Assembly: GCF_001194135.2 (NCBI RefSeq)
Contig: NC_068985.1
Span: 40,251,447-40,315,446 of the forward strand
Direction of reading: 5' to 3'
Source: Octopus bimaculoides
Lineage: Eukaryota
DNA length: 64,000 nucleotides
Shown: positions 37,882 through 49,924 of the stretch, piece by piece
Numbering within the stretch: position 1 is the stretch's first letter
Layout of the letters: the number at the start of each line of letters is the position of its first letter
Program-made: the position numbers and the translations under genes
Notes under the pieces: model-generated
What the model was told of the DNA's origin: nothing
Databases searched by the model: none
The model's input: only the letters and a program-made list of their open reading frames with translations

Positions 37882-40211
37882 ATGAGTAAAACATATGCAC
37901 ACACATACACCAAAACATTTCGAAATTCTTTGTGGAGTATATAATTCATATTTTAGGTGGAGGATACTTGTCACCAATAAAAAACATCATTATTATTATT
38001 TGTATAAATTCAGTGAAAAAAAAAACTTTTACATAAAAAGGAAAAAAAAAGCAAAAGACAAAAAACAGTATGAACAATAATTAATAAATTTTATAAATGC
38101 CTTCGGCAAAATAGCATTGAGCAAGCAAAAACAAAAATATAAAGCCAAAAATTACTATTCTCTACAATTGTTTCATATCTGAAATCTCATCAAGGAATTC
38201 AACTAAACATACAAGCCAATGAGGGAGCCTCTACATGGTCTATCGACCTACTAGAAATAGCTACAATGCTTTTGGTCTGCTCAGCCAGGGACAATTTGAG
38301 GCTAAACAACAACTAAACAAATGATTAACTCTTCCAATACCACTCCACCTAATTCTATGTAACTAATCTGAATAAAACCACTTGTGTTAAAGCGTTGTCT
38401 TAATTTTCAGTGGTTGATGAAATAAATACTAGTTTAGCACAGGAGTCAATTAAATAAACTGATTCACTGGCCCCAAATTTATAACCCTGTGTCGAAATTA
38501 GAATTACATATAGTAAAGTATCATGGGTCAATTTAATCAACTGTGCCATCCTCCTATAAATTTGTGGCATTGCACCTATCTTAAAAAAATTATCATGATT
38601 ATTATTATTATTATTATTATTATTATGGTAGTGAACTAGCAGACCCAATAGCACATCAGACAAAATGCTCAGCAGCATTTCTTCAAGCTCTTTATATTCT
38701 GAATTCAAATGCTGCCAAGGTTGATTTTGCTTTTCATCTCTTCAGGATTAATAAAGTAAGTACCAACTGAGTATTGGAGTTGATGAAACCAACTAGCTCC
38801 TTCCCAAAAAAATTTCAGGCCTTGTGCCTACAACAGAAAGGATTATTATTATCATTATGGAAGGTAGTGGAATAGCAAGAATGATACACTGCCAAACAAA
38901 ATATTTTGCAGTCCCTAGTTTCCTTTTATACTCTGATTTGAAATATTAAGAGAGCTAGCAGTCAGAACTATCACAAATCACAACCTACTGTCTTATAAAT
39001 GGAAGAATGTATTGGATAATGTGAACCTGGATATAAAGAATAAGACCAATCATGACAAGAAAGACTTTAATTGTAAAATTTCTCATTCAGTGGTGAGCTG
39101 GGGTTAAACAACAACTACATTTTGTTGTTTAGCCCTGAGCAGATATAATTAAAAGCATTACAGCCATGACCATCCTGTCTTTTTGTATATCAGTGATGAC
39201 ATTGTCCAATGCATCCTTCTTCTTTTCCTTTTCAGAGCACAGTAGGGTGTGATATGAAGGAGATTTGGTTGTTATTTTTAGCAGATTGAATGACCAAGAA
39301 TAGGTTCCCTTGTCAATATTATTGGTACTAAAAGATGCCAGTGTAGCTGAGTTGTTTAGAAGTTCACAATGAAATCATTTGCTTCCAAGTTCAATTCCAT
39401 TGTGCAGCACTTTGAGCAAATTTTGTTGACTTCTGCAAAAACCTTCCATGTGTGTGGTCTTGTCTGTACTTATTTTTATACATGGAAAGGTGTAAACCAA
39501 TGTTGCATTTCTTTTTGTCAAAGGTTACTTAACTATTTAATAAAAGAGGTTGTTAATATAAGTACCAGACTGTGATAAGCACTGAAGTCAATATAAATTA
39601 CTAAAAATCCTTGAAGGTGGTGCCCCAGCATGGCTGTAGGATAATAACTAAAACCAGTAAAAGAGTATTTGTAGTGTTTATACTCATATTTTACATGTCA
39701 TATTATGATTATTAATCAATGGCAAACAGAATATTAACAACAAGATAAAACTATATTCCAGATTCAGCCAGTGTTTGCTTAAACAAACTGCATAGAAAAC
39801 AACTTATATCATGAATGACAATTAAACCAATTTATTTCAGGCCTTACAATTTTATTCTCTCATAAAATATCATCACTCATTTGTAGAAGGTCCCAACCAA
39901 TTGATCTGACTGGTAGCACATGACTAGTACTTATTAATTTTTTTAATACAAAAGTGTGTGCTATCTAATTAGTAGTTGGTGTTCAGATAGTTAATTGTCA
40001 TAAAAGGATTTCCTTTAGATATGTAAAAAAGAATATGATACACATTCATGATAAATAAAAATATTTTTTTTATAAAGGTCCCATCATATATATATTAGTA
40101 GCAGCAACATCCAATTTGAAACTGATAAAAAAAATACATTACAAGGGTTAATTGGCAGTGCAGAACATAACTCATGTCAATTATTAGGTGAAGCTAAACA
40201 TGAGTCCTTAC

Positions 40212-40277
40212 CCTCAGAAACCATCACAGTTGGTCCTACCACACTAGGTTTGCCCACAGGTGGTAGATTAGATTCAT
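40212..40277 (-). CDS. SORBS/CAP: SORBS/CAP-family gene, symmetric coding exon (66 nt, phase 1-1), probable cassette
   Basis: Acceptor tatggtttttcag|AT, donor GAGG|gtaagg. Reads (D)ESNLPPVGKPSVVGPTVMVSE. Confidence 0.83.
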
Positions 40278-42394
40278 CTGAAAAACCATACATGCATAAA
40301 AAAAAAGGAAGGGGTAAAATGAAAATAAAACACAAGAACCAAAGAGAAAAAGAAGAAAAAATTGAATTCATAAATATATTAATAAATAAAATGAATAATG
40401 TAATAAAATTTAAAGAAAAAAAAAAGACAGAGAGAAAAACAAAAAAGAAATGACAGCAAAGGTATTTTAACTTTCAGAATGTTTTCTTTGAAAATAAATG
40501 TAAATCTGTTTTGGAATTAAATATGATTTAATCAAAAATGAAGTTAATCTATGTTTTTTTTAAGAATTGTATAACAGATATTTTAGAGTTATATTTTAAA
40601 AGTCAAATAGACTGATATTAGTTTGAAACAGAATATATCTGATTCTTAAACAATTAATAGGTTAGCAAGAATTATGTAGACTGAGTAATTGTTACAGGAG
40701 GTGAACAAAGAAGAAGAAAAGAAATGAGAATGGTTAAGAAAAAGATAGATGAGAAAGAGAAGGTAAAGAATATAAAAGAGAAAGAGAAAATCAGAAGAAA
40801 GGAGATATATGAAGAAATGAAGGTATTGAAAAGACAAAGAAAACAAAAGAAAAAGATAGGGAAGAAAATAATGAAAATATCAGGTTAAAAGATAAGAGAA
40901 AAAAGAAGACATGAAGAAAGTACAATAAAAGAGATATAAAAACTAATAAGACTAATAAAAAGAAAAAGGGAAAGTAAAAAAAAAAGAATTAGGGAAACAG
41001 TTAGTTGGTTGGAGAAATAGAACCTGATCCTGGAACAGTCCAGTTATATTAAAGAATATTAATATATATTATTCCTAGTAACCAACTGATAAATAGTCAG
41101 CAAACAAGGTTGGCTATACAAAATCTACAGGTAAGGATTTTAATCCCGGTTGCTATATAAACATACATTAGACTTTGCATATTTCCAGAATAATGAGTAC
41201 ATTGAGTCATGTTTTTGTATAATGAGACAAACTACACTCAAGCACATATATACACATGCACTCACACACAAGGTGTGTATATGCATGTGTATGTGTAATT
41301 TTTGTAATTGCCAACCTGGAGATGAAAAGGGTTGGGAAAACAGTGAAGCTAAAGTCTTTTTTTTTCTAGCTATTTATCTATTTATTCATCAACAAATTAA
41401 TATTTACAGTCCAATGAATACAAATTCCCCAAGATTACTAACTGAGACGTAAACAAATTTAAGCAAAAATGTTTATGGTATACTCAACAAAACCTAACTA
41501 TTTCTTCACTGGATATCCTCACCCACCCAACTACTGCCAAACCCAAACTGAACAATTTAGTTATGCCTCCTTTGCTTAAATGCTTGTTCTCTCTAATCAT
41601 TTCCATGAAGCACCATGGGAACATCATCACTCCCAGGCTGCCTCTATAAAACTCCCTACCATACCATATAGTACTATGGAGACGTTGCTACTCTAAGGCT
41701 GGCTAGCTTTAGAAAACTAAAATAGTCATTATGAACTTCTTGGTAGTCAAACCCTTCTTGAAACCATAAAAATCATAGAAATATATGACCCCTCAGCCAT
41801 AGTAATGGCAACCAGTCTAACATATTGAGTACCCTAAACCAAATTATGTGCAGTAAAAATAATGATTGATATTAAGTAGATGGAACTCTTTACTCCATTC
41901 ACAGAAAGCTTCTGTAGCACCTGTAGTATGATAAAATACTACCACTTCAAGCTCTCAAAAAAACTGTGATGGGAAGGGTAACTCTGTGTGTAATCCACCA
42001 ACAAAAAAAGAGAAATGAAAGGAGACAATTCATGGTAGAAGGGACTCTAGTTTTGGTGAGACAACTTCTCTAATGCATCCAGTCCACATCATAAAATGAT
42101 TTGTAAAATTCTCAACAAAAATAATGACATATAGTGCCAGATAGCAAGGTTCTGCAATGAGTGGCAAGATGAATGACTGAGTTGTAACACTGAGTAAGAA
42201 CTAATGCAGAATGTGACAACACATCCAATCCATGTCAACATGGAAAAACGTGTGTAAAAGTAATGACAATAATGATTTTATGAAACAAACTTTAATCCAG
42301 AAGTTTTTATAATCCAGAAGACAGATGCCCAGTGGATGAAAGGTTAAGCTTGTAACTGATAGATCAAGCCCCTTACAAAGACATATTCTGTTTT

Positions 42395-42760
42395 ATTTAT
42401 TCTTTTGTTTGTTTAAGTCATTGGACTATGACTATGCTAGGGGACCACATTGAAAAATTTAGTAGATCAAATTGACCTCATTGTTTCTATTGATATTTAT
42501 TCTGCCAGTCTCTTTTTGTCAAAGTGCTAAGTTAAAGAGGAAATAAACAAACCAACACTAATTGTCAAGCAGTAAGAGACAAACACAAAGGCACAAATGC
42601 ACACAAATATATGATGGACTTCTAAACAATTTCTGTCTATAAAACTCACTCACAAAAAATTAGTTAGCTTGGCTCAACAGCAGAAGACACTCACCCAAAG
42701 AGCTGTACAATAGAGCTGAACATGAAACTACATAGTTAGAAAGTGAGCTGAAGAGTGTTG
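42395..42760 (-). mobile_element. tRNA-derived SINE family A, old diverged copy
   Basis: Collinear with the 51641 copy (GTCATTGGACTATGACTATGCTAG ... AAACACACAAA ... AGAAGACACTCACCCAA on plus). Confidence 0.65.
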
Positions 42761-44667
42761 ATCTGAAGAATGCAAGTTTGTGCCAATTCATTGAGTCTGT
42801 AATGCGTTATGTACAAGGCAACAAGACACTTCAATACTCATTGACTCAGTTCATCAAGCTGTATATGTGTTGTTGTGTAACAACAGTTCATGCCTATCAT
42901 GAAAAGCATTTTGGACATGACAATACCACATTTTTTCTACTTCAGGGAACTACATTATTTGATGTGTCCTTTTTAAAGATAGTATGGCAAGGTTTGAGGA
43001 AGATTTGACTGCTGCTTCTAACAAATTAAGTGACTGCATAAAGGCTTCTTCACTGACTCATAAATGTCACAATCTACTGTAGGCAGAGTGAGATGGGGTA
43101 GGACTGCTTATTACATGAATATTTTGTTAAGCAAGCAGAGTTACATTGCATTAGTGTTTCCCTGAGGCTTGGCCTCTGGATCTGTGAGTTTTACAAATTC
43201 TGCAGCAAACTCACTGTGGACTCTTTTGGCCTCCACCCATTGTCATACCATTATATTGCTGGCTGCCTTCCCTTTCCAGCTTGAGCAAGAAGGGTTGAAT
43301 AGAAGGAGTAGTAAAAAGCCAAACAGCATAACAATTTTCCTGTTTTGCAGTGAGAGACCCCACATCTTGAATGACACATGCTGTGACACCTTCTCCAAAA
43401 CCTGGTGCCAAAAGGACAAAAAGCAAAGTCAACCTTGGTGGTATTTGAACTCAGAACACACCCATTCTTTTATTTTTAACACATTTTCACATATACGGCA
43501 ACAATGAGGCTATAAGCACTGAACTACTGACATTAAAACCATGCACACCTTGCCACTATGTTGAAGTGATATGCAAAGTAATATTATTCAACTTGTCCTT
43601 CACTTGCTTTGGAAGGAAATGTTAAAGTTGGCTACAGTATGTAAAGCATTCAGCTGTGTAAACATTTGTTAAAATATTTCCCATGCTAGCTCCATAAAAA
43701 TATATTATGCCAATAAGGGTGTGTCATCTGCTCAATGTAACATCTGGAGCTCTCTCTCTCTCTCTACAAATTCTCCTATTGTCTTTTGAAATAGAGGTCA
43801 TATGTTTTAGATTCAAAATCTTAGATTGTGATAAAGATATTAAACTATGTTAATTAAACAATACTTATTTTTTATAAGTTAAATAATGAAGAAAATAATA
43901 AACAAATGGATATTAAATTTTGAAGACTAATGGAAACTAGAATAAAGTTTAATTTATTGATTTTCAACTGAATTGAATGCTTATCACACTGAGAGAAACA
44001 CAAAGCAAAAGGGAATGATTTTTATTGGGAAAGTTTAGTAGTGTTTAAGTGGGAATGTTTAGTAATGTAAATTTGGGTGTTAAGTAATAGATAATGAAAA
44101 AAATCAGATAATATTGCTTTTGTAACACATAGATATGATGAAACCTATTGAATTTTAATAAAACGTTACATTTTAAAAAAGCGTATCATGGTCTTAATCC
44201 TTTGCTTTAGTAAAATTCAGCCTTTATTTTATCTGCTCAAATACCATAATTTACTAAATCTAGCTTTACATTACCATTTATAATACCAATGAAAAAAAAA
44301 AACAGAATTTAATCTGTATCTTTATAAATCAAAGTCTAGTTTGAATGAAATATCATGGAAAACATCTAGAAAGTTCTAAATAACAGAACCATGCTAGAAA
44401 ATAGACGACAGGCAAGATGTCAGATTAGCTTTCCCTATAACAGTTGTTCAGGAAAAACATGTAATAAAATACATAAATTCAGCCCATATGAAGCATGCAT
44501 TTAAGAAATAAGGAAACCTCTGGAAAAAATACATTTGAAAAATTTAAAACAATTTTTTTTTTTTTAGTTTAATGGGGAGAAATAAATTTTTTTAGCGGTG
44601 GGGTTAGAGTGGTGATTGAAATTATTTTCATGAACAACATGAAGGAACATATGTGTATGTGCATTAC

Positions 44668-44968
44668 CTCTTCGTTTCTGTAAAAGAATAATATCAGGAC
44701 TCTGTGTTGGAGGGAGCTTGTGAAGTTTTTCTTCAGATTTGTTAATAATCATTGTTTTGAGACCTTCAGGGGGAGGAGAATAGAGATCTTTAGGAGTTGT
44801 AGATGAGAAATCAGTAGAAGCAAGTATGTTGTCAGCAAATGTAACATCTCTTTCAGCAGTCGAAAGTGGTTTATAAGTAAAGGCACTTGTGGGAATTGTT
44901 TCTTTAGGAACTGGTTTTCCTTCAGGTTTCCATGCATAAGTGTCTGATGGGCTCAATGTCACTGATTT
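44668..44968 (-). CDS. SORBS/CAP: SORBS/CAP-family gene, coding exon (301 nt, phase 0-1)
   Basis: Acceptor tattttatttaattttag|AAA, donor AGAG|gtaatg. Reads KSVTLSPSDTYAWKPEGKPVPK...PDIILLQKRR (overlaps track ORF 44564..44962). Phase matches both neighbours. Confidence 0.92.
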
Positions 44969-45530
44969 CTAAAATTAAATAAAATATAAGATCAATATTA
45001 TGCATTTTTTCCATGTAACAACTGTTATTTTGCTGTAGTACTTTGTCTAATAAATAAAACCTACTAAACTTTATTTCTGATAGCTTTTCTATAAACAGTT
45101 GGGTGAGACTGAACCAGATCAGATACAAACTCAACATAATTTAAACTAAGTTATGTTATGATGAAAGAAACTATCTTTCAATCACCTACCCCACCCAAAA
45201 TCTTATTTCTACTTTTCAAGAAAATGTACCAAATCCTTTAAGCAGATGGTAATTCTAATTCATTGTGATAGATTTGATAAAATTAATATTTCAAATATCA
45301 ACTTAAAAATAAATATTGATAATTTTTTTGAAAATACAAATATATTACAATCAACTAAGGCCAAAGGTTGGTATTATTATGTGTTATATCAGACAAACAT
45401 ATTCAAGATCTTAAGAGGATAATTTTTTAGACTATTAACCTCTTTCAATTTCCTCTTTGTCATCAAGTGTCTTATGTACCAGCTTACCTGCATGCAAAAC
45501 TACTGTCATCAAATATCTTATATACAGGCT

Positions 45531-45603
<73 letters not shown>

Positions 45604-45699
45604 ATATAAGCAAAGTCACTCATTCATTCAGTCAGACATATATTCCACTTGTATTAGTTAATTTATTGTATTGTCTGCTATTTAGATGAGAAAAATTGG

Positions 45700-46500
45700 G
45701 CATCAGAGAAATCAATTGTTGAGTATAAAAGACTGTACTGGCACAAAAATAGGATGCATATGAAGAGTAACAGTTGAGTAAAGAAGTATCAAGCAAACCA
45801 AATAGAAGGAACCTGTGAAAGAGAAAACCTTCACCCTTTTAACGCTTATCAATCTGCTTTGGTCTCCATCTGTGACAAGGTCAACAGTTTCACTGAAATT
45901 AACAGTACATCTGGTTAGATCCTCATTTACTTGAGAAATGTCTATCTTCAGCAAAACTCCTCCAGTACAATAAGGTCTTATGTTTTGTGTAGTTTATTTT
46001 TTGTGATTCAAAAGAGTGATTAATTGTATATTTGGTTTATTCAAAGCTTTGCTATCTGCAAAGAGACTTTGAACTTTTCTAATAATCAGTTCAATATCTA
46101 TTTTTCATAGAAAAATAACTCCAGATGCAAATTGGACTTTATGATCATAATAAAAAGAAATTGTAACAAGTGATGAATCAGCATTGTGATGAATCAGACT
46201 CATCTAACCAATATCAACAAGACAGGTCAATCTTTTAAACTTCAATGATAAAATAAATGAGAAATAATTAAATCTGCTGGTTTCCTTCAATGCAAAGCAG
46301 GATGTATTTCTACAATATAATCCATGAAAAAGAGCAGTATACACAACCTTGCTGAAAAGGCTATAGTATAAGAAGAGATGGGTAACATTACTGCAGCTGA
46401 TGCTGAGTATGAACTCTTGAAATCCCATGTTGAAAGAAAAAGTTTCAAGTGGAGAGTGGGCATTTCAGATGATATACCTTTAGTGAGAGACAATTGGATA
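45700..46500 (+). mobile_element. Decayed LINE reverse-transcriptase fragment
   Basis: Plus strand from about 46275 reads AGFLQCKAGCISTI (cf. QAGFRKGRSC/T). No open frame; 5' extent uncertain. Confidence 0.35.
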
Positions 46501-46601
46501 AAAATATAAAGATCTTGAGAGTGCTAAGTTTAAAATTAGTAGGGATGAAAAATTACAATAAAAACTATAGTTTATCGGTAACATTATCAAACCTCACTTA
46601 C

Positions 46602-46795
46602 CTGTACATTAGTGGCTGCTTCAGGAACAGGATCAAATTTGGGTTTGATTGATCTGAACTCTTTTTTAATTGTGTTACTAGCCAATGTTTGAGGTTTCCA
46701 CACAGGAGCTACATCTTTGAATAATGGTTCATCCTTCTTTTCTTCTAACTTCAAAGAAGTCTGAGACTGGAACTGCATTCCAGGTTTCCAAACAC
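46602..46795 (-). CDS. SORBS/CAP: SORBS/CAP-family gene, coding exon (194 nt, phase 1-0)
   Basis: Acceptor ttcttctgctttttag|GT, donor CAG|gtaagt. Reads (G)VWKPGMQFQSQTSLKLEEKKDEPLFKDVAPVWKPQTLASNTIKKEFRSIKPKFDPVPEAATNVQ (inside track ORF 46587..46826). Confidence 0.92.
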
Positions 46796-47205
46796 CTAAA
46801 AAGCAGAAGAAAAAGATCAGGGTCAAAATAATAAAACAAATATGTTTTTAATATATCTGTAGCAGAAGTGATTTATACTGTCGTTATGTGTGAGATGTTT
46901 TCATTGTGAATCGTTTAGGCTTAAATACCAGGATATCAGCTCCACGGGCCTTTGCATTCCAGTAGGTCACATGACCTTGTGATTAAGCCAAACTTGTTCA
47001 TATTGATCAGTTTTCAGCTGTCCAATTGTGTTGGCGCAACAGTTCAGTTTTCCTCACGCGAGAAATTAATCACCAGCTCTGAGAACTTCCTAGTCTCTAT
47101 AAGACCGACGGCTGCTTCTACACACTACCAAACAGTACATCAATTTTTTTCTACAAGATCAACAGTCCAGCCTGACCTTGAAGTCTCTCACACATCTTTG
47201 TTGTA

Positions 47206-47384
47206 ACCTGTAATATTAATTTATTTCATGTATGGCAATCATTGTAAATTATAACGAAGATGGGTAATAAGGAAATGAGAAAATGATATACAACGTGAGA
47301 TGAAAATGAACTGGTAAGTGATGATTTATTCTCTGTTATAAAATACAATGATTGCCATACATGACATAAATTAATATTGCAGGT
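47206..47384. repeat. Intronic inverted repeat (about 50-bp arms, about 80-bp spacer), possibly a small MITE
   Basis: ACCTGTAATATTAATTTATTTCATGTATGGCAATCATTGTAAATTATAAC versus GTTATAAAATACAATGATTGCCATACATGACATAAATTAATATTGCAGGT. Confidence 0.9.
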
Positions 47385-47406
47385 GAAAGAGAGAGAGAGA
47401 ACTTAC

Positions 47407-47481
47407 CTGGAGTTGAAATATTTGCTTTCGCTGATGTTGAACCCACTATATTGTCCTGATAACTGTTGTCTGGAGGTTTGT
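47407..47481 (-). CDS. SORBS/CAP: SORBS/CAP-family gene, coding exon (75 nt, phase 1-1)
   Basis: Acceptor ttttctttactcttag|AC, donor CCAG|gtaagt. Reads (D)KPPDNSYQDNIVGSTSAKANISTP. Confidence 0.88.
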
Positions 47482-49037
47482 CTAAGAGTAAAGAAAAATA
47501 AGCTTTATATGTAAGTATGTGTGTACTGTATTTGTGTTGTGGTTCATGCGGAAAAAAAGCAATATAGCAATATACCAGTAGTGTATTTAATGTCTGTTAA
47601 CACTATTGTCTTACATCCATTTTTCCATGCTTGCATTGGTTGGGTAGGTCTCTCCTTCAGTGGTGTCTCTCCGCTTGTCACAGTTCTTTGTCATCTCCTT
47701 TATCAAGTTCAGCCTGACATCAAAATTTCCCTACTTCTTCTTTGGTTCTCCTCCATTGCAGGTTCCATCCATTTGTATTATTTAGCACTTTTTAACCAAC
47801 TGTCACCTCCATATCTATCAAATGTTCATACCAACTCAGTTTTCTCTCTTGCACTACATCTGATTACACTTACACAGCTTTTCTCTCACTCAGTTTTGCT
47901 TATCAATTACTTTATTTATTTTATCTGCCAATAATATACCCGTTTCACCATCTCCAGCGCTGTTACTAACCCAGGAGAATTTACATCTGTCATCCTACAC
48001 ACAAACTACTCATATTCTGGTAATTCCATAATCTCTTTAGATCTCGCATCCCTCTTCCTTATTAATAGTATTTGCCTTGAAGTTTTACATCTGAAAGAGA
48101 GAAAAGTGTCTAATTGTGTTTGGGTTATTTCATGTCTGTTTCCCACAATTAAAAGGAAAAGTACTGGTGCAGTCATTTGATGAAGGTTGAGGGGTTTTCA
48201 CACAAAACCAAATGTTCCTACTTTGCCACCCCCACACAATGCTTGGCACTAACATGCTGTTAGCTCTGTACACATCATTAAGGGTTTTCACTGATCTGAT
48301 CTGTACTTTTGGCATTTTTTACAGGGATGTTGTCAGTAAGGTAAGGGTTGGCAACAAGTATAGTGAAGAATTCCAGCTAGAAGTAGGGGTTCACCAAGGT
48401 TCAGTCCTCAGCCGCTCTTATTCATCATAATCCTCCAGGCAATAAATAACAGACGAATTCAAGACAGGCTGCCCCTGGGAGCTCCTCTATGCTGATGACC
48501 TTGCTCTAATAAGCTGAGTCACTACTAGAACTAGAGTCAAAGTTTAGGGTGTGGAAGCAAGGTCCTTAGAATCAACTAAGCAAAAACCAAAGTCCTAGTA
48601 AGTAGGAAGGCAGACAAATCACAAACCCCTTCAGGTAGATGGCCCTGCTTGATCTGTAGAAAAGGTAGAAACTCCATAAGATGTACCCAGTGTAAGCTAT
48701 GGACACATAAGAAGAACAGCAATATCAAATGAAATCGAAATCGTAGTCGTGGGCAGTGCCCCTGACTTCCACACGTGCTGGTAGCACTTAAAAAGCACCA
48801 TTTGAGTGTGGATTGATACTAGTGCCATCTGACTGGCTCCCCATGCTGCTGGCATGTAAAAAGTACCATGCACACGTGGTCGATGCCAGTGCCCTCAAAC
48901 TGGCTCCTGTGCTGATGGCACGTAAAAAGCACCATCTAAATGTGGTCGTTGCCAGTGGCACGTAAAAAGCACCCACTACACTCTCGGAGTGGTTGGCATT
49001 AGGAAGGGCATCCAGCTGTAGAAACATTACCAGATCA

Positions 49038-49178
49038 TACAGTTCTATATTTAAGAAATGAGGAATTATGTACATTATTTACATTTGACGGATATTTGTC
49101 CTCATCTTGTTTGTTGTAAACACAACGTTTCAGCTGATATAACCTGTGTTCTCATTCCTAAGGTATTTTTTGATGTTG

Positions 49179-49241
<63 letters not shown>

Positions 49242-49430
49242 TCACTGTCTGGAATCGAACTTGGAATCTTGGGGTCTTAACCACTATGCCATATGCCCAT
49301 AGGAATGAGAACCCAGGTTTGAAATTTCCCCAAGACACCTGATGAAGGTTGGAGGGTATATCAGCTGAAATGTTATGTTAACAACAAACAAGATGAGGAC
49401 AAATATCTGTCAAGTGTAAATAATGTAAAT
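49038..49430 (-). mobile_element. tRNA-headed SINE-like element with Penelope-type hammerhead tail and inverted terminal copy
   Basis: 12-bp TSD ATT(A/G)CCAGATCA (49026-49037, 49431-49442). Minus-strand Pol III head 49298-49238 (TGGCATAGTGG A-box, GTTCGATTCC B-box), then (AAT)n. Arms 49070-49160 and 49300-49430 are inverted copies. Confidence 0.85.
49334..49379 (+). ncRNA. Minimal type-I hammerhead ribozyme (Penelope-type), partly decayed
   Basis: GACAC-CTGATGA-A-GGTTG-GAGGGTATAT-CAGCT-GAAA-TGTT-ATGTT. The other arm preserves GAAACGTTGTGTT, restoring palindromic ACGT and a GACAC/GTGTT helix I. Confidence 0.75.
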
Positions 49431-49855
49431 ATTGCCAGATCAGATTGGAGCCTGGTGCAGCCCACTGGCTTGCCAGACCTCAGTCAAACAGTCCAACCCA
49501 TACCAGCATGGAAAGCAGATGTTAAACGATGATGATGATGATGATGATCCCCTTCTGTTCTGAATTTGATCAGGTTGGTCTGTCATTCTTCAAGCACCAG
49601 TGAAACAATAGTACTAATAATACATAAAGAATTGATTTAATTTATTACACTCATCCAATATGCAAATTGACTGATGTAAGAAAGGAATCTTTGCTGCTAT
49701 GAAAAACATGTACATAAAATGTTATATTTCCATTATATTTCTAACATCTTTTATATGTTTATATATATAATTCTGCAATATTAAAATGGAAATAGTAAAG
49801 TAAAACAATTTTTGTTTAATATGTAAAGTAAAAACATGATTAATATATAACTCAC

Positions 49856-49924
49856 CTTTTGTTACAAAATACGAAGATTGAACAGGAGTGGATTCTGAAT
49901 CACTGTGTACAGCGCGGTGATAAG
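49856..49924 (-). CDS. SORBS/CAP: SORBS/CAP-family gene, coding exon (69 nt, phase 1-1)
   Basis: Acceptor ttgtatatttaaatag|CT, donor AAAG|gtgagt. Reads (A)YHRAVHSDSESTPVQSSYFVTK with no stop. Too short for the ORF track. Confidence 0.87.

Larger units (their letters stand above)
48318..49548 (+). mobile_element. 5'-truncated RTE-type LINE with (GAT)n tail, interrupted by a 393-bp insert
   Basis: GVHQGSVLS and YADD (48488-48499) RT motifs, C-terminal CxxC..CxxCxxWxH. 3' UTR has 3-4 tandem units of about 50-70 bp containing GGCACGTAAAAAGCACC (about 48775-48975) and ends in GATGATGAT. Confidence 0.9.

Noticed and set aside
43215-43279. 65-nt minus-strand block with a gtgagt donor (end of ORF 43211..43432)
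   Set aside because: It has a stop in the required phase 1, is not frame-preserving and lies in repeat-like sequence.
45712-45990. Protein-like minus ORF (GGVLLKIDISQVNEDLTRC...)
   Set aside because: No credible acceptor or donor. Exons 46602 and 44968 already join in phase 0, and the region borders a LINE remnant.
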